From Oikopleura dioica (taxonomy: Eukaryota; Animalia; Chordata): DNA of 64,000 nt. Shown here one piece after another: positions 1 through 11,895 of this stretch (position 1 is its first letter; each line of letters opens with the position of its first letter). The stretch lies in assembly GCA_907165135.1 (NCBI GenBank), contig OU015567.1, forward strand, positions 4,216,001 to 4,280,000, given 5' to 3'. Position numbers and translations under genes: made by a program. Under the pieces are notes generated by a model that worked only from the letters and a program-made list of their open reading frames with translations, was not told where the DNA came from and did not search any database.

Positions 1-325
1 ACAAAAATAACAAAACTAATCAATAAATTCATCATATTTTTTTCTGAAATAAAGACAGTAGTTTTAAAAGTCCTTAAATTTGAGAAAGAGCTATAAAACT
101 TGAATTATATAAGTCTCACAAGACCGATTTCAAAACAAGAAAATGTAGAAATTCAAACAAATGGTTCTATAATTTCTATGACACAAAAGATGCGCTCTTC
201 CGGAGACTTTTTGGTGGCAATTCATTCTATTCCGCTGTCTGGAATCATATTCGGGAACGACCTTAAATTTAGGGAACCGAAGCGAAAGAGAGTCATTCTT
301 CGGGTTCTTCAGGAGATTTTCGGAG

Positions 326-2808
326 ATGCGAATAAAATTCTTACTTTTTGCATATTTCGTTCGCGCTGAGTTGATTTGCGACTACGGCGAAAATTGCGAT
401 CGACTTTGCGAAGCTGATGTTTGCGACTATTTTTGGAACATCGAATATCGTTATTCAAATTCGTGGCAAACCAATGGTCCCTGGTGGCGAAGTTTTCCAC
501 TTTTCTTTAATGAGACGGCAGATCAGCTGGAGATTCCTGAGCTGAAGACGGGATACACGCAGGGTGTTACTATCGACTCGATTGTTGGGGAAGATGGGGA
601 AAGAAAGAGGCCAGAAGACAATTTAGACGAGCTGTTTTTCATCGACGGACATCGTAAGATTGTTTCAGAAGAAATAATCAAAAAAATTTTTAGCTAATAG
701 AAGAGTAATCACCGTAAATGGCCAGTTCCCTGGTCCCAAAATCCACGTGAAAAAGGGCTCAACAATGCGAATCACCATCAAAAACCAGTTGCAATACGAG
801 GGAGTAAACATTCACTGGCACGGCTTGCACATGATCGACAACTTCTGGAACGATGGAGCAATGTTTGTCAGTCAATGTCCGATTCCTGCAAATACCGAGT
901 TTACCTACATCGTTCGAGCAGATAATTCGGGAACGCATTGGTGGCATTCTCATGCAGGAACGCAACGACTTGATGGCCTCTTTGGCCCCTTGATTGTTCT
1001 AGAACCAGAAGAAATAGAACAGAAAGTTACGACTATCCCGCTAACAATCGGCGACTGGTACCAAACTGATTCGATTTCATTCATTGCCAACGACCCTTTC
1101 CGGCTTCGAATGAACGAATATCCGGGCAACGGGCCTATTACTTGTGCAACGCCTTATCGAAGCTTCTTTGGCGGCATGAAGGTCACGGGCTTGTTCTGTT
1201 TGGACTCCTTTGTTGTCAATGGAAGGGGGCAGTTTCGTTTCCAAGAAGGTTCTTATTTTTAATTTTTATGAAATTATTTGATCTTTAAGACACTTCCAAG
1301 GGGATGTTCTCGATCGGCGAACGATATCTGATTCCAGAAGATGCTGATTTCATAAAGCTCAAGGTGATAAATACAGGATTTGAGATGTTATCTGCTGTAA
1401 CTCGCCTTGATGGAGAGACATTCAATGTAACAGGATCGGTCGCAAAAATATACGAAAATGTATCTTTTAAACCAGTTGACTGTAACCGAATAAAGCTACT
1501 GACGGCAGAGATATTGTCCTAGAAGAAGGAGATGTTCTTTTCCTCGGCGTTGGAGAAACGTATGATCTTCATATCCCCTTATCACTCTCCGAAGACAGTT
1601 TCTTCCTTCGATTCTGGCTACCTGTCGACCACATCGGACAAGAAGAAGATAATCTTGTTCATGAACCATACTTGGATATTGAATTCAAACGAAGTGAGAC
1701 AATTCCGGAAGGAGACTTTCAAACTGAACTTTTCATGAGAAAACCGGATGATGCAGTCAAAGAAAATTTGCATTCCAATTCTGCTGACGCTCCGATTTGG
1801 CTCAATTGTCCATTCCCGGAAAAGGATGTTGTTTGCAGGACTATCTCAGGACTGGGCTTTAACCATTGAAAATCTTTAACTTTTTCGTGATCGAGCCAAG
1901 AATAGATTTCAAGCGCCTTCTACCTTCAGACTACAAGTTCAAAGGCGAAAAGACAATCAACCTACCCGAAAATGTCTCGCCAACAGATGAGCCCGATGTC
2001 ATTATTAATTTCCATGTCAATTTCATGACGGCCGGATCAAGTGTGAATGGAATCCATTTTAAATATCCTTCCGCTCCATTTTTCAATGGAACTGATGTTG
2101 ACTCTATTACGAGGTGTACAAAAGAAGAGCTGGAAGGTGCTGGGGGCGTCTGTACTCAGGTAGGAGCGGAATAACGTGTTCTTTTTTTACCTCTTTGCTC
2201 GCAGATCATGTCGGCAAAAGTCGGGGATCTGGTTGAGCTCCGCCTCTCCAACTTAGAAAAACGTGATGATCTCAGGACTTTCCACAGCGTTCACATGCAC
2301 GGATACGAGTTTTTCTTGATGGCGACTGGATATGCTGAATATGATGCAAATGGAACGATAACTGGCGACAACCCAGACATAACTTGTGGCGGAGGAGATC
2401 TTTGCCCATTCGTCACTTACGATGAGCAAGTTTTGAAAAAACAACGGGAGGAAAGAGGTGCATTCATTGCGAAAAACGCGATTTTGGTCCCGCCACAAGG
2501 ATACGCAATTGTCCATTTCAGGTATTCATCATAAAGGTATTCATCCTAATATTTTTTGAAGAGCTTCGAACCCAGGAATTTGGCCGATTCACTGTCACCA
2601 GGGAGCGCATTTGATCGGCGGAATGAGCGCTTTGATTGAAATCAAGGATGAAACGCTCAACCGCCCGTACAGCTATCTTCCAGAAAACTTCCCGCGATGC
2701 GGAGATTTCAAACCTTCTGGGCTACCGAAGATCAATCCCATCGACTCCGGTTCCCCCGCCATCGAAATCTACTCGCTTTTGCTTGTATTCCTTCTTCTTG
2801 TTCAATAA
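326..2808 (+). CDS. Multicopper oxidase (laccase-like), copy 1, multi-exon, likely GPI-anchored
   Basis: Signal peptide; Cys-rich N-terminus (CDYGENCDRLCEADVC); all four Cu motifs HWHG, WWHSH, HSVHMHG, HCHQGAHLIGGM; hydrophobic C-terminal tail. Exons join through short introns, two of them GA-AG (1434-1495, 1850-1905). Confidence 0.95.
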
Positions 2809-3509
2809 ATTCAGCTAACATCATCATTGTCATTTTTTGCAAAAATTCTCTAGATGATCTAGAGAAATTTGACTGAAAACAATGAAATTTCTTGGAAAAA
2901 TTCGAGAATTCTCATGTTTTGCTGAAGGTTTTTTTCTCTAGATACCGGTCTATCCTCTTATTTTCTTCATTCTTTTTCTTCACTTCGCACCTCGGGGTAC
3001 TTGAGGTCCGGGAGAGATATATGAAAGGTAATAATTTAATTCTTGCGCTTGAACTTTACTTAACTTTAGTTTTTAGTTTGAGATCAAATCGCAATCAACT
3101 TATTTTACCAAGGAGTTGGTAGCACATCCTCTTCAACTGGCTTGCTGTTCGCCCGTTGAACATGGATGTATTCAACGTCACTCGTGATTCGATCGAATCA
3201 AGAATCGCGAAATCAAGAAAGCCAGAAGCGAGGGAAAAGACATTTACGCTGCAATGATCCAGCTTTCTGAAAACCTGTAAAATTCCCGATCAATATTTGA
3301 CCTGAATAAAATCAATTTCCCTTCATTATCCGTTGTTTTTCTGTCTTTTCAGCAGGAAAAATCTCGTATTTTAGACCTGACTTTATTGTAGTCATTTTAG
3401 AACGTCGCTCTTTGAAAACGTTTCTTTTGAAATTAACCGTTTACGGCCGTTAAAAAACCAAGATTTGTATAAAAGAGGTCAAATTCTTTCTTCTGTCTTA
3501 TTCTTGAAA

Positions 3510-6057
3510 ATGAAGTCCCGATTTTTTTATTTTTTGCTGCTTTTGGATCGCGGAAACTCGGAGTTAGTCTGCGACTTTGGCCAGAGATGCGACAGTTTGT
3601 GCGAGGCAGAAATCTGCGAGTATAACTGGGAGGTCAATTATAAGCTCTCAAATGTATGGACAACTCTTGATTACCAATTTGGTGAAGAGGGATTTTGGCG
3701 GGGTTTTCCTTTGTTTTTCAACGAGACATCTGATCGACTTGAAATTCCAGAGCTAGACACAGGACTATTCCAAGAGATTGTGATCGATTCAGTGAGGGAC
3801 GAGAACAATGAGCTAAAAAGACCGGAAGACTATCTTCACGAATTATCGTTTATCGACGGACAAGGTTGACTTTATTTTCCTCAAATAAGAAGCAAAGGAA
3901 TTTTCAGATAGCAGAAGAGTGATCACAGTGAATGGCCAATTCCCCGGGCCGAATATCAAAGTGAAAAAGGGCTCGATTCTTCGAATCCGGGTACGAAACA
4001 AATTACCCAATGAAGGGCTTACACTCCACTGGCATGGGCTTCACATGATTGATAATTTCTGGATGGATGGAGCAGCTTTTGTCAGCCAATGTCCCATTCC
4101 CGGGTTTTCCGAGTTCACCTACGTCGTCAAAGCTGACAATTCGGGTACGCACTGGTGGCATTCTCACAGCCATGCGCAGAGGATGGATGGTCTTTTTGGA
4201 GCACTGAAAATTTTTGAGCAAGAAGAAATTGAGCAAAAGAAAACATCGATTCCCCTGACTCTTGGTGACTGGTTTCAAGGGAGGCTTTTTTATCTCATCT
4301 TGATTATCTTTCTTCAAACATTAAAATTTTTATTTTACGAGCCTTTTTGACAGAAGATTCTACAATGTTCGCGGCGACGTATGCTTGGGGACGAAATGCA
4401 GGGCCAGCTCCTGGAACTTGTTATACGCCGTTTCGAAGTTATTTTGGCGACCTCAAACTCACAAGCATGTGTCTTGATTCGTTCGTCGTCAATGGACGCG
4501 GCCAGTATAGAAATCAAAAGGGTTCGTTTTTTTGACTTTTTTTGCTGATTTTTAATCTTGCTTCAGATCCAACAAAGGGCTTCTTTTCAATCGGAGAGCG
4601 ATTCCTGATACCTCAAAATGCTGAATCCTTCGAGCTCAGACTGATTAATTCTGGCTTCGAAATGCTCTCAGCAGTCACGAGACTCGATGGAAGATCTTTA
4701 CGAGTTACTGCCACTGACGGGCGAGACTTACAGTCCTTGGAAGGAGATGTTCTCTTCCTTGGCGTCGGGGAAACTTACAATATCGAGGTAGATATATCGC
4801 CTGAAGCAGAGAGCGTTTTTCTTCGATTTTGGCTTCCGGTCGATCACTTTGGCCCTGAAGACGAAAATGTTGCTATTCATGAGCCCTATTTGGATGTTGA
4901 GTTCAAACGGGATTCTTCTGTTGAAGAAGGAGATTACAAAAGCGAGTTGTTCACTCGAAAGCCTGATGATGCTATTCTCAAAAATAGCCACGAGAATCAG
5001 ATGAGCAACCCAATTTGGCTGAACTGTCCTTTTCCAGAAGAAGGAGTCGTTTGTAAAACTCTATCAGGTATAATTTGTAAATGAACTGATAAAAAAACCC
5101 ATTTAGACTTCAAAAGACTTCAGTCATCTGATCATAAATTTGCCGCCGAGAACTCAGAAAATGTTCCTTCGGAGTCGCTGCAGTTTGATGAACCGGATGT
5201 TATTCTCACTGTACATGTCAACTTCAACACAGTTGGGCCGAATGGAGGAGGAGGAAGAGTGACCCTCAACGGGATTCATTTCGTTTACCCATCTGTAGGG
5301 TAAATCACTAATAATTGAGATTCCCTCCCTTGTTCAATGGAACTGAGGACAAGTCGATTGTTCAATGCACGGAAGAACAAATGCAAGGAGCTGGCGGGGA
5401 ATGTACTCAGGTACCCTAACACAGAAAATATAAAAAAAACAGCATCCTGCTCTTTTCAGATTTTGACCGCGAAGGTTGGAGATCTTGTTGAGCTGCGCTT
5501 ATCGAACCTGGAAGAGCGAAAATCGCGAAGAACTTACCACAGTATGCACCTTCATGGATATGAATTCTTTCTGATGTCGATGGGATTTGCTCAATACGCA
5601 AAAAACGGGACGATCATTGGCGACAATGTAAATGTCAAATGCAAGAAAACTCCTTGTGCTTTTCTCGATTATGATGAAGAAGTACTAAAAAGAGAGCGAG
5701 AAGAAAGGACCTCTTATATTGCCAAAAACTCCATTTTAGTTCCTCCGCAAGGCTACGCAATTGTCCGATTTAGGTATTTTTGAAGGAAAAGCTCAAAAGA
5801 AAATAAATTTTAGAGCGTCAAACCCAGGAATCTGGCCGATCCATTGTCACCAAGGAGTGCATCTTGACGGCGGAATGAGTGCATTAATCGAAATCAAAGA
5901 CGAAATTGAAAACCGGCCCTTCAGTTATCTACCAACTAACTTTCCGAGATGTGGGAACTTCGAGCCAAAGGCTTTTTCGGAAAGTTTCGATGGATCTAGT
6001 GCTGATTCTCTGCATCTGACATTACTTCTTCTTCTTATTCTGAAAATATTTTCATAA
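3510..6057 (+). CDS. Multicopper oxidase (laccase-like), copy 2, tandem paralog
   Basis: Colinear with copy 1: HWHG, WWHSH, HSMHLHG, HCHQGVHLDGGM, hydrophobic tail. One GG-AG intron (4280-4353) and an anomalous junction near 5295-5319. Confidence 0.93.
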
Positions 6058-6254
6058 ATAAAATACTTCTGTCTCTCAAAAGTTGGGAATCCCGATGCAT
6101 CTTTGTCCCCTTCAAAAAACTTATTCATCTTCATCCGACCGTAAAATAATGACCCCGATTTTACGGCTCGACTTTTGTGCCTTTTGGATTTAGCGGGCAA
6201 ATTCCGCCAAGCACCAACAAAAGTGACAAAGAGTCTGAGAATTCAAAGAAAAAC

Positions 6255-8859
6255 ATGACTTTCGTTGAGAGAAGCGAAAGTAGAACTTCGTTTCGAAGGA
6301 GAATTTCAACGAAGGATCAAGGAAGATCAGCTTCAAGGGCGTCTTTTCGTGGAAGAGTTTCTACCAGAGGAAAATTTTAAAAAATTATAATCCTTACTAT
6401 ATATTTTGTATTTTGTTTCTAGAAAAAGATCAGAAAAACCAGAAACTTATCTTTATTACGAGCTTAAAACGTAACTTCTGGGATATTACTAAAGCATTTA
6501 AAATATTGAAAAGAACCAGAACCATCAGCTCATCCCTCTGCCGCAGCATCTACCTCTTCCGAGCCAGCCCGCGGAGCATGGAATTCAAAAGCCGACTACA
6601 TGTTCACCTGCATTGGCTATGCTGTTGGGCTAGGCAATATCTGCCGCTTTCCGTATCTCGTTTACGAAAATGGCGGAGGCGCGTTTGTATTTCCTTATAT
6701 CATCATGCTCTTCATCGTTGGGATTCCAATTGTGGTGCTAGAAACGACACTTGGTCAATATTCTTCAAAGGGACCGGTGAAGATTTGGTCGTTTTCACCG
6801 ATCTTCAAAGGTTGTGGGTTCGCTCAAGTCTTGCTGATGTTTTATGTCGGAATCTACTACAACGTCATCATCAGTTACGCCATCTTCTTCCTCTTTGCCA
6901 GTCTCGACGGGACTTTACCTTGGGTCGGATGCGATAACTGGTGGAACACTCCTGCCTGTGCTACTTCGTCATCGAATTGCTTGGTCAAAGAATCCTATTT
7001 GATGCAAACACTTGGGAATCCGGGTATGGCGCTCGTTTCCGAACTGAACAAGAACTACAAAAAGGATTATATAAATGCATGGAATGACTGGGAAGTTAAC
7101 CTTTCTCCTGATAATATTACCAGTTTGACGAATGCGGGACTTTGGAGCTCGGATATTGAATGCAACGCTGGTATAAGTTCAGGTACCCATTTGTCATACA
7201 AAAACCATAAAAACGGTCAGAATTTATCTACCCGGTTCTATTTTTTGCTTTCAAGTTTGATTCGCCTAGAATAGCCGCTATAGTAATTGGACGTAGCCGA
7301 CCGTTATAAAATGAATAATAACAATATAAATAGAAAAAGTGTGCCAAATCAATTCTCTTATTCTATCCAAGCGTCGTCATCATCATCCCCCGCCGAAGAG
7401 TACATGAACGAATACGTCCTTGGCCTCACGGACCAAATGACCATCGGGGGTGGCGGCATTCGTTGGCAAAACACTCTCGTTTTCATCGCCTCTTGGGTCC
7501 TCATCTATTTAGTTCTCATGAAGGGTCTTCAAGAAGCTGGTAAAATCATCTGGTTCACAGCGATGTTTCCATATGTCGTCCTCACTTGCTTTTTGATAAG
7601 AGGCTTGACTTTGGATGGCGCCGGCTTGGGGCTCAGCTATTATCTCGGAGCTGAGTCTGATTTTAGGAATGGGCTCTAGGACTTTTGAATATCTTTTGAT
7701 GAAGAAAATTCTAGAGCTCAAAAAAGCGCTCTTATAAAAGGCGCGACTTGGAAAAACGCAGCGACTCAGATTCTCTTTTCGCTTTCCGCGGCGCAAGGTG
7801 GCATGATCACGTTATCAAGCTTCAACTCGTTCAAAAATGATAATATCACCGATTCGCTCATCATTTGCTTGATAAACTCTGCAACTTCAATTTTTGGCGG
7901 ACTCGTAGTTTTCTCAATCTTGGGTTTTATGGCTAAAACGACGTCGACGAAGATGTCAGAAGTTGTTAGGTCCGGAATGACGCTTGCTTTTGTTTCTTTT
8001 CCAGGTAATTCTAGCGCTCCTTCTTTGGTGGTAATTTTCATTCAGCTGCGATTGGTGAAATGCCGGGAGCATCAATCTGGTCGCTCATTTTCTTCTTTAT
8101 GGTTCTCCTCCTCGGCTTGGATACTCAATTCACCGTTGTGGAAATCTGCACTACGGCCCTCTTTGATATGTTCCCTAACAAACTCGATCACAAAAAGCAC
8201 AATTTGCTGGTCACTGGCGGCTTCTGTGCTACCTTCTGTATCCTTGGCTTGCCCTTGATGACCGGCTCTGGCATCTATTGGGTTACTCTGTTGGATACTT
8301 ATGCTTCTAGCTGGGGGTTGATTGTGATTGCCCTGGTGGAACTTGTTGCAGTGGCGTGGGTTTACGATCTGGATAAATTTATTGAGCATATGAAGGAAAT
8401 GCTCCCAGATGATTCGCCGGTCCATAAGTTTCCAGCGTCATTTGGTTTCTGGAAAATTATGTGGAAATATGTCACACCGACGAGGTAAAGAAAAAGTGAG
8501 AAATGAAGTGTTGGAAATGATTAAGTCTCGCTATAATTCTAACCTGGTCAATAATCGACTACGAGCCTGCCCGCTACGGAACCTTCATCTTCCCCGGATG
8601 GGCTCAAGCAATGGGCTGGATCGTCCTCCTGACCGCACTGCTCATCATCCCGATCATCGCGTTTCGTCAAGTGCAAAAATCACCCGGAGAGGGACTCAGA
8701 GAAAAGGTCAAATTTGCCTCGAAACCGACTGAAAAATGGCAGCCCGGCGATCCGAAATACAGAAAAAATCCGCCCTTGGCGACTGATCCTCGAGAAGACG
8801 ACGTTTTTATAGTTCCAGAAGAAGCTCCTCGGAGTCGGCAACTTTCAACTTACTGTTGA
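6255..8859 (+). CDS. SLC6 Na+/Cl- neurotransmitter/amino-acid symporter, GlyT2/ATB0,+-like
   Basis: RGAWNSKADYMFTCIGYAVGLGNICRFPYLVYENGGGAF; EL2 CDNWWNTPAC; TM6 AATQILFSLSAAQGGMITLSSFN; TM8 LLGLDTQF; about 12 hydrophobic segments. Confidence 0.93.
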
Positions 8860-10779
8860 TTTTTTTTCCTAATACTGTAAATGCATTTATGAAATAACGA
8901 TTCGTTAAAACGAGTCTTTCTCAAAGCAGCCAGCTGGAGCGCTCTCGAGCAGAAAACGCTTGATTCTACCACTGAGAAGCTTTGCCGAATTAAGATTTTT
9001 CATGCTTGGACTTTCTAGTAGCGATAAAGAATTTTTACTTGATCAAGTCTTTCGTCTGAGATAGATACCTACATTCTTCATATTTTTGGGAACGTGTTAC
9101 TAATTATTTATAAAGACGTAGTCTACCGGTTATTTCTTTCTGTTCGAATGAAGTTCAAAAAGTAAATTCTATCGAAAGGAAATTTATCTGCTTAAAGAAT
9201 AAGCTGCCCAGACATAGTCCCACTAGCTTTTTTCGGCAGCGCTGGAAAAGGTGAAGCAGAGGAAGCATCATTAAAAAAGAGCAAGATCGGAGACTGCGCT
9301 GTCGAGCTGTCAAAGAGGAAGTCGTGCCGAGGAGTCCCACAAACCGGCTTTTTCACCGAGAATCGTTATTTTTCTTCTAGAGAGCACTCGCTATGGCGAT
9401 CGAAAAAGAAAACGAAAAGATAAGAGCTGCGCTTTTTCAAACCAAAGTCCGGGTAATTTTAATTTCAATTATTTGGATAATAAAGTTCTCTATATTAAAA
9501 GTGCCTTGATTGCGACTGCAAAGGCGTCCTGAGACTCAAAGGCAAGAAATTGTATCTGCTGCCCATAGAAGTGTTGACAACTCGAAGCATGCGCACTCAA
9601 GAAAATGACATCAGAAAATTGAAAATGAAGAAAACATGGAAGAAAAAGGTCACCGCGAAAATGAGCCTAGCAAAACACGGAAATGCCACAGATCCGCAGC
9701 AATACAGCTATCTTTCTCTTGGCACTCTCTTTTGGGGCACTATTATCCTCTTAGGTACTTTTAAAATGATTTTCAAAATGAAATTTCTCTGAAATTAGCG
9801 AATGTCGCCTCTTTGGAAAAATCCCGCGGCGTCACAACTTTTCTGACTTCAACCTGTAATCGAAACTACAAAGAATGCGTGAAAATTGCTGAAATAGATA
9901 TCTGCGGCCATTTGATGAAGCAATGCTACGATACCGAGGAGTTCATCCTTCCTGAACCCATTTCTAAAGTCAAAAAGCCGAAATCTGAACCTCTTGTTTT
10001 CACGGAAGAAGAAAACAAAGTGAATCTGCGCCGCTGTCAGAAGAAACAGTTTTACGACCAGAATATCTGCCGCCATCTCTGCTCGTATACGCTGGTATTG
10101 GAATCAATGAGGACTAAGCCAATCTCGCCCTGTGAATCAATCTGTTTTGAATTGACTTGATCTTCTGGAGCCGGACAAGTCTGCCCAACTCAGAAATATT
10201 GTCAAAATGGATGCCCTTGTCCATTTTACGATTGTGAAAAATTCCAGTCCAGGCAGAAATTTATTCCGGTTTTTGATTTGAAATCGACTTCAACGAGGTT
10301 TATTTCGGATGTTGTGGGAAATCAGTCGAATGCTGACCTCGGCCTTATAACAGCTCGCTGGAATAAAAGAGAAAAGGAAGAGCCAAAAGTCCCGAAATTT
10401 ATTTTCTCCGATTTCAATGAAAATGAGAAAACTTTTGACCTTTATGAATCTTTTATCCCTTATGGACGTTTTTTTATCAAATCCATTTCCGTTTCTTTTA
10501 ATTTTTTAAATTCAAAACTAAAATTCTAAAAACGCAAAAGTCTACTGGCGCTACTTTTCTCGACGGGGAGCACTATTTGGTCGATGCTGTGGGAAATTTG
10601 ATGAAAGTGAAGGAAAACGGTGATTTACCATATCTCATTCCGAATTCACGTAAACGAATGTACGGGCGTTTATATTTTCTCAATTTTTTTCATGTTATTT
10701 TCAGCGGTTTCTTCGTTTTCCACTTCGGCTCGTCGATAAGCACCCACCATATTGAGATACGCTTTGAAGAGAAAAGTGC

Positions 10780-11895
10780 GGGGAGGGTGCTCTTGTGGCA
10801 CTTTCGTCATATTTGCCTCCTGTGGCACTGTCTCTCCTGTGGCACTGTCTCTCTTGTGGTATACCACAGCAGGCGCAAGTGCCACAGGAGAGACAGTGCC
10901 ACAAGGGAGACATTTTCAAAATCGTTGACTATCAGATTCTCAAAATGATAATCTTCCTGAGGGAATCCGCCGACCCAGCTCCACGTGGGCGCCGTTTCTA
11001 ATTTTCTATTATAATCATTAAAACTTTTTTTGATTTGGATTTATTTTTCTACGTGGACGTGATTTTCTATGAGCTTTCATTAACATTAAGTAAAATATTC
11101 ATATCTTATAGTTACAGTGTGTTATGGCGAAATGGAAATTGGATGCTCCATATTAAGGAGGGAAACGGTCGGTTACAATACCAATTGGTATTCCAATACC
11201 AATTTTGGTATTCCAATACCAAAGTCGGCAAAAAATACCAATTTCTCAAAATTAAAAAATTGGGTGTGCGCTCCGCGCCTGTATTATACGATACTTTAGG
11301 AGTGTTTTTAATAATTTGTCGGGCAAAAAAATCCAAATTGTCTAAAAAATTTGGTATTGGAATACCAAATTTTGGTATTGGAATACCAAAAAAGCTTTGG
11401 TATTGTAACCGACCGTTCCCGATTAAGGACACATAACTTTAAGTAATAATATGTATAATATGTAACTGTTAGATACATAAGTTACGATGATGAAAATAGA
11501 AAATGGAAACTGGCGAGGCGCGCGCATGGAGCTTGGTCGGCGGATTCCCTTAGGAAGATTATCATTTTGAGAATCTGATACTCAACGATTCCGAAAATGT
11601 CTCTCTTGTGGCACTGTCTTTCCTTCGATTGAATTCGATTGAAGAGTTCTAGTGCCAATTTCGGAACTTCCGGTGCCATGAATTGCCTTGCGGACATGAC
11701 CCAGACCACTCGATATGGGGGTCAAATGAAAGCTTAGCTTCTGGACTTTTAGAATATGTGTCATAAGACCCCTCAACTAAGCTAGAAAAAGTGGCCAAAT
11801 TTTCATCTAATAAGCCTAGGTATACCACAGCAGGCGCAAGTGCCACAGGAGAGAAAGTGCCACAAGCGAGACAGTGCCACAGGAGCACCCTCCCC
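10780..11895. mobile_element. Foldback/MITE-type non-autonomous DNA transposon, 9-bp TSD (Mutator- or Merlin-like)
   Basis: GGGGAGGGTGCTC...GAGCACCCTCCCC termini; perfect TSD GAAAAGTGC at 10771-10779 and 11896-11904; repeated TGTGGCAC motif; second internal inverted pair about 10885-11010 and 11490-11615. Confidence 0.92.
11160..11420. mobile_element. MITE nested in the previous element
   Basis: TIR GGGAA(A)CGGTCGGTTACAATACCAA; TSD TATTAAGGA/GATTAAGGA (8 of 9); internal TTGGTATT/AATACCAA repeats. Confidence 0.88.
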
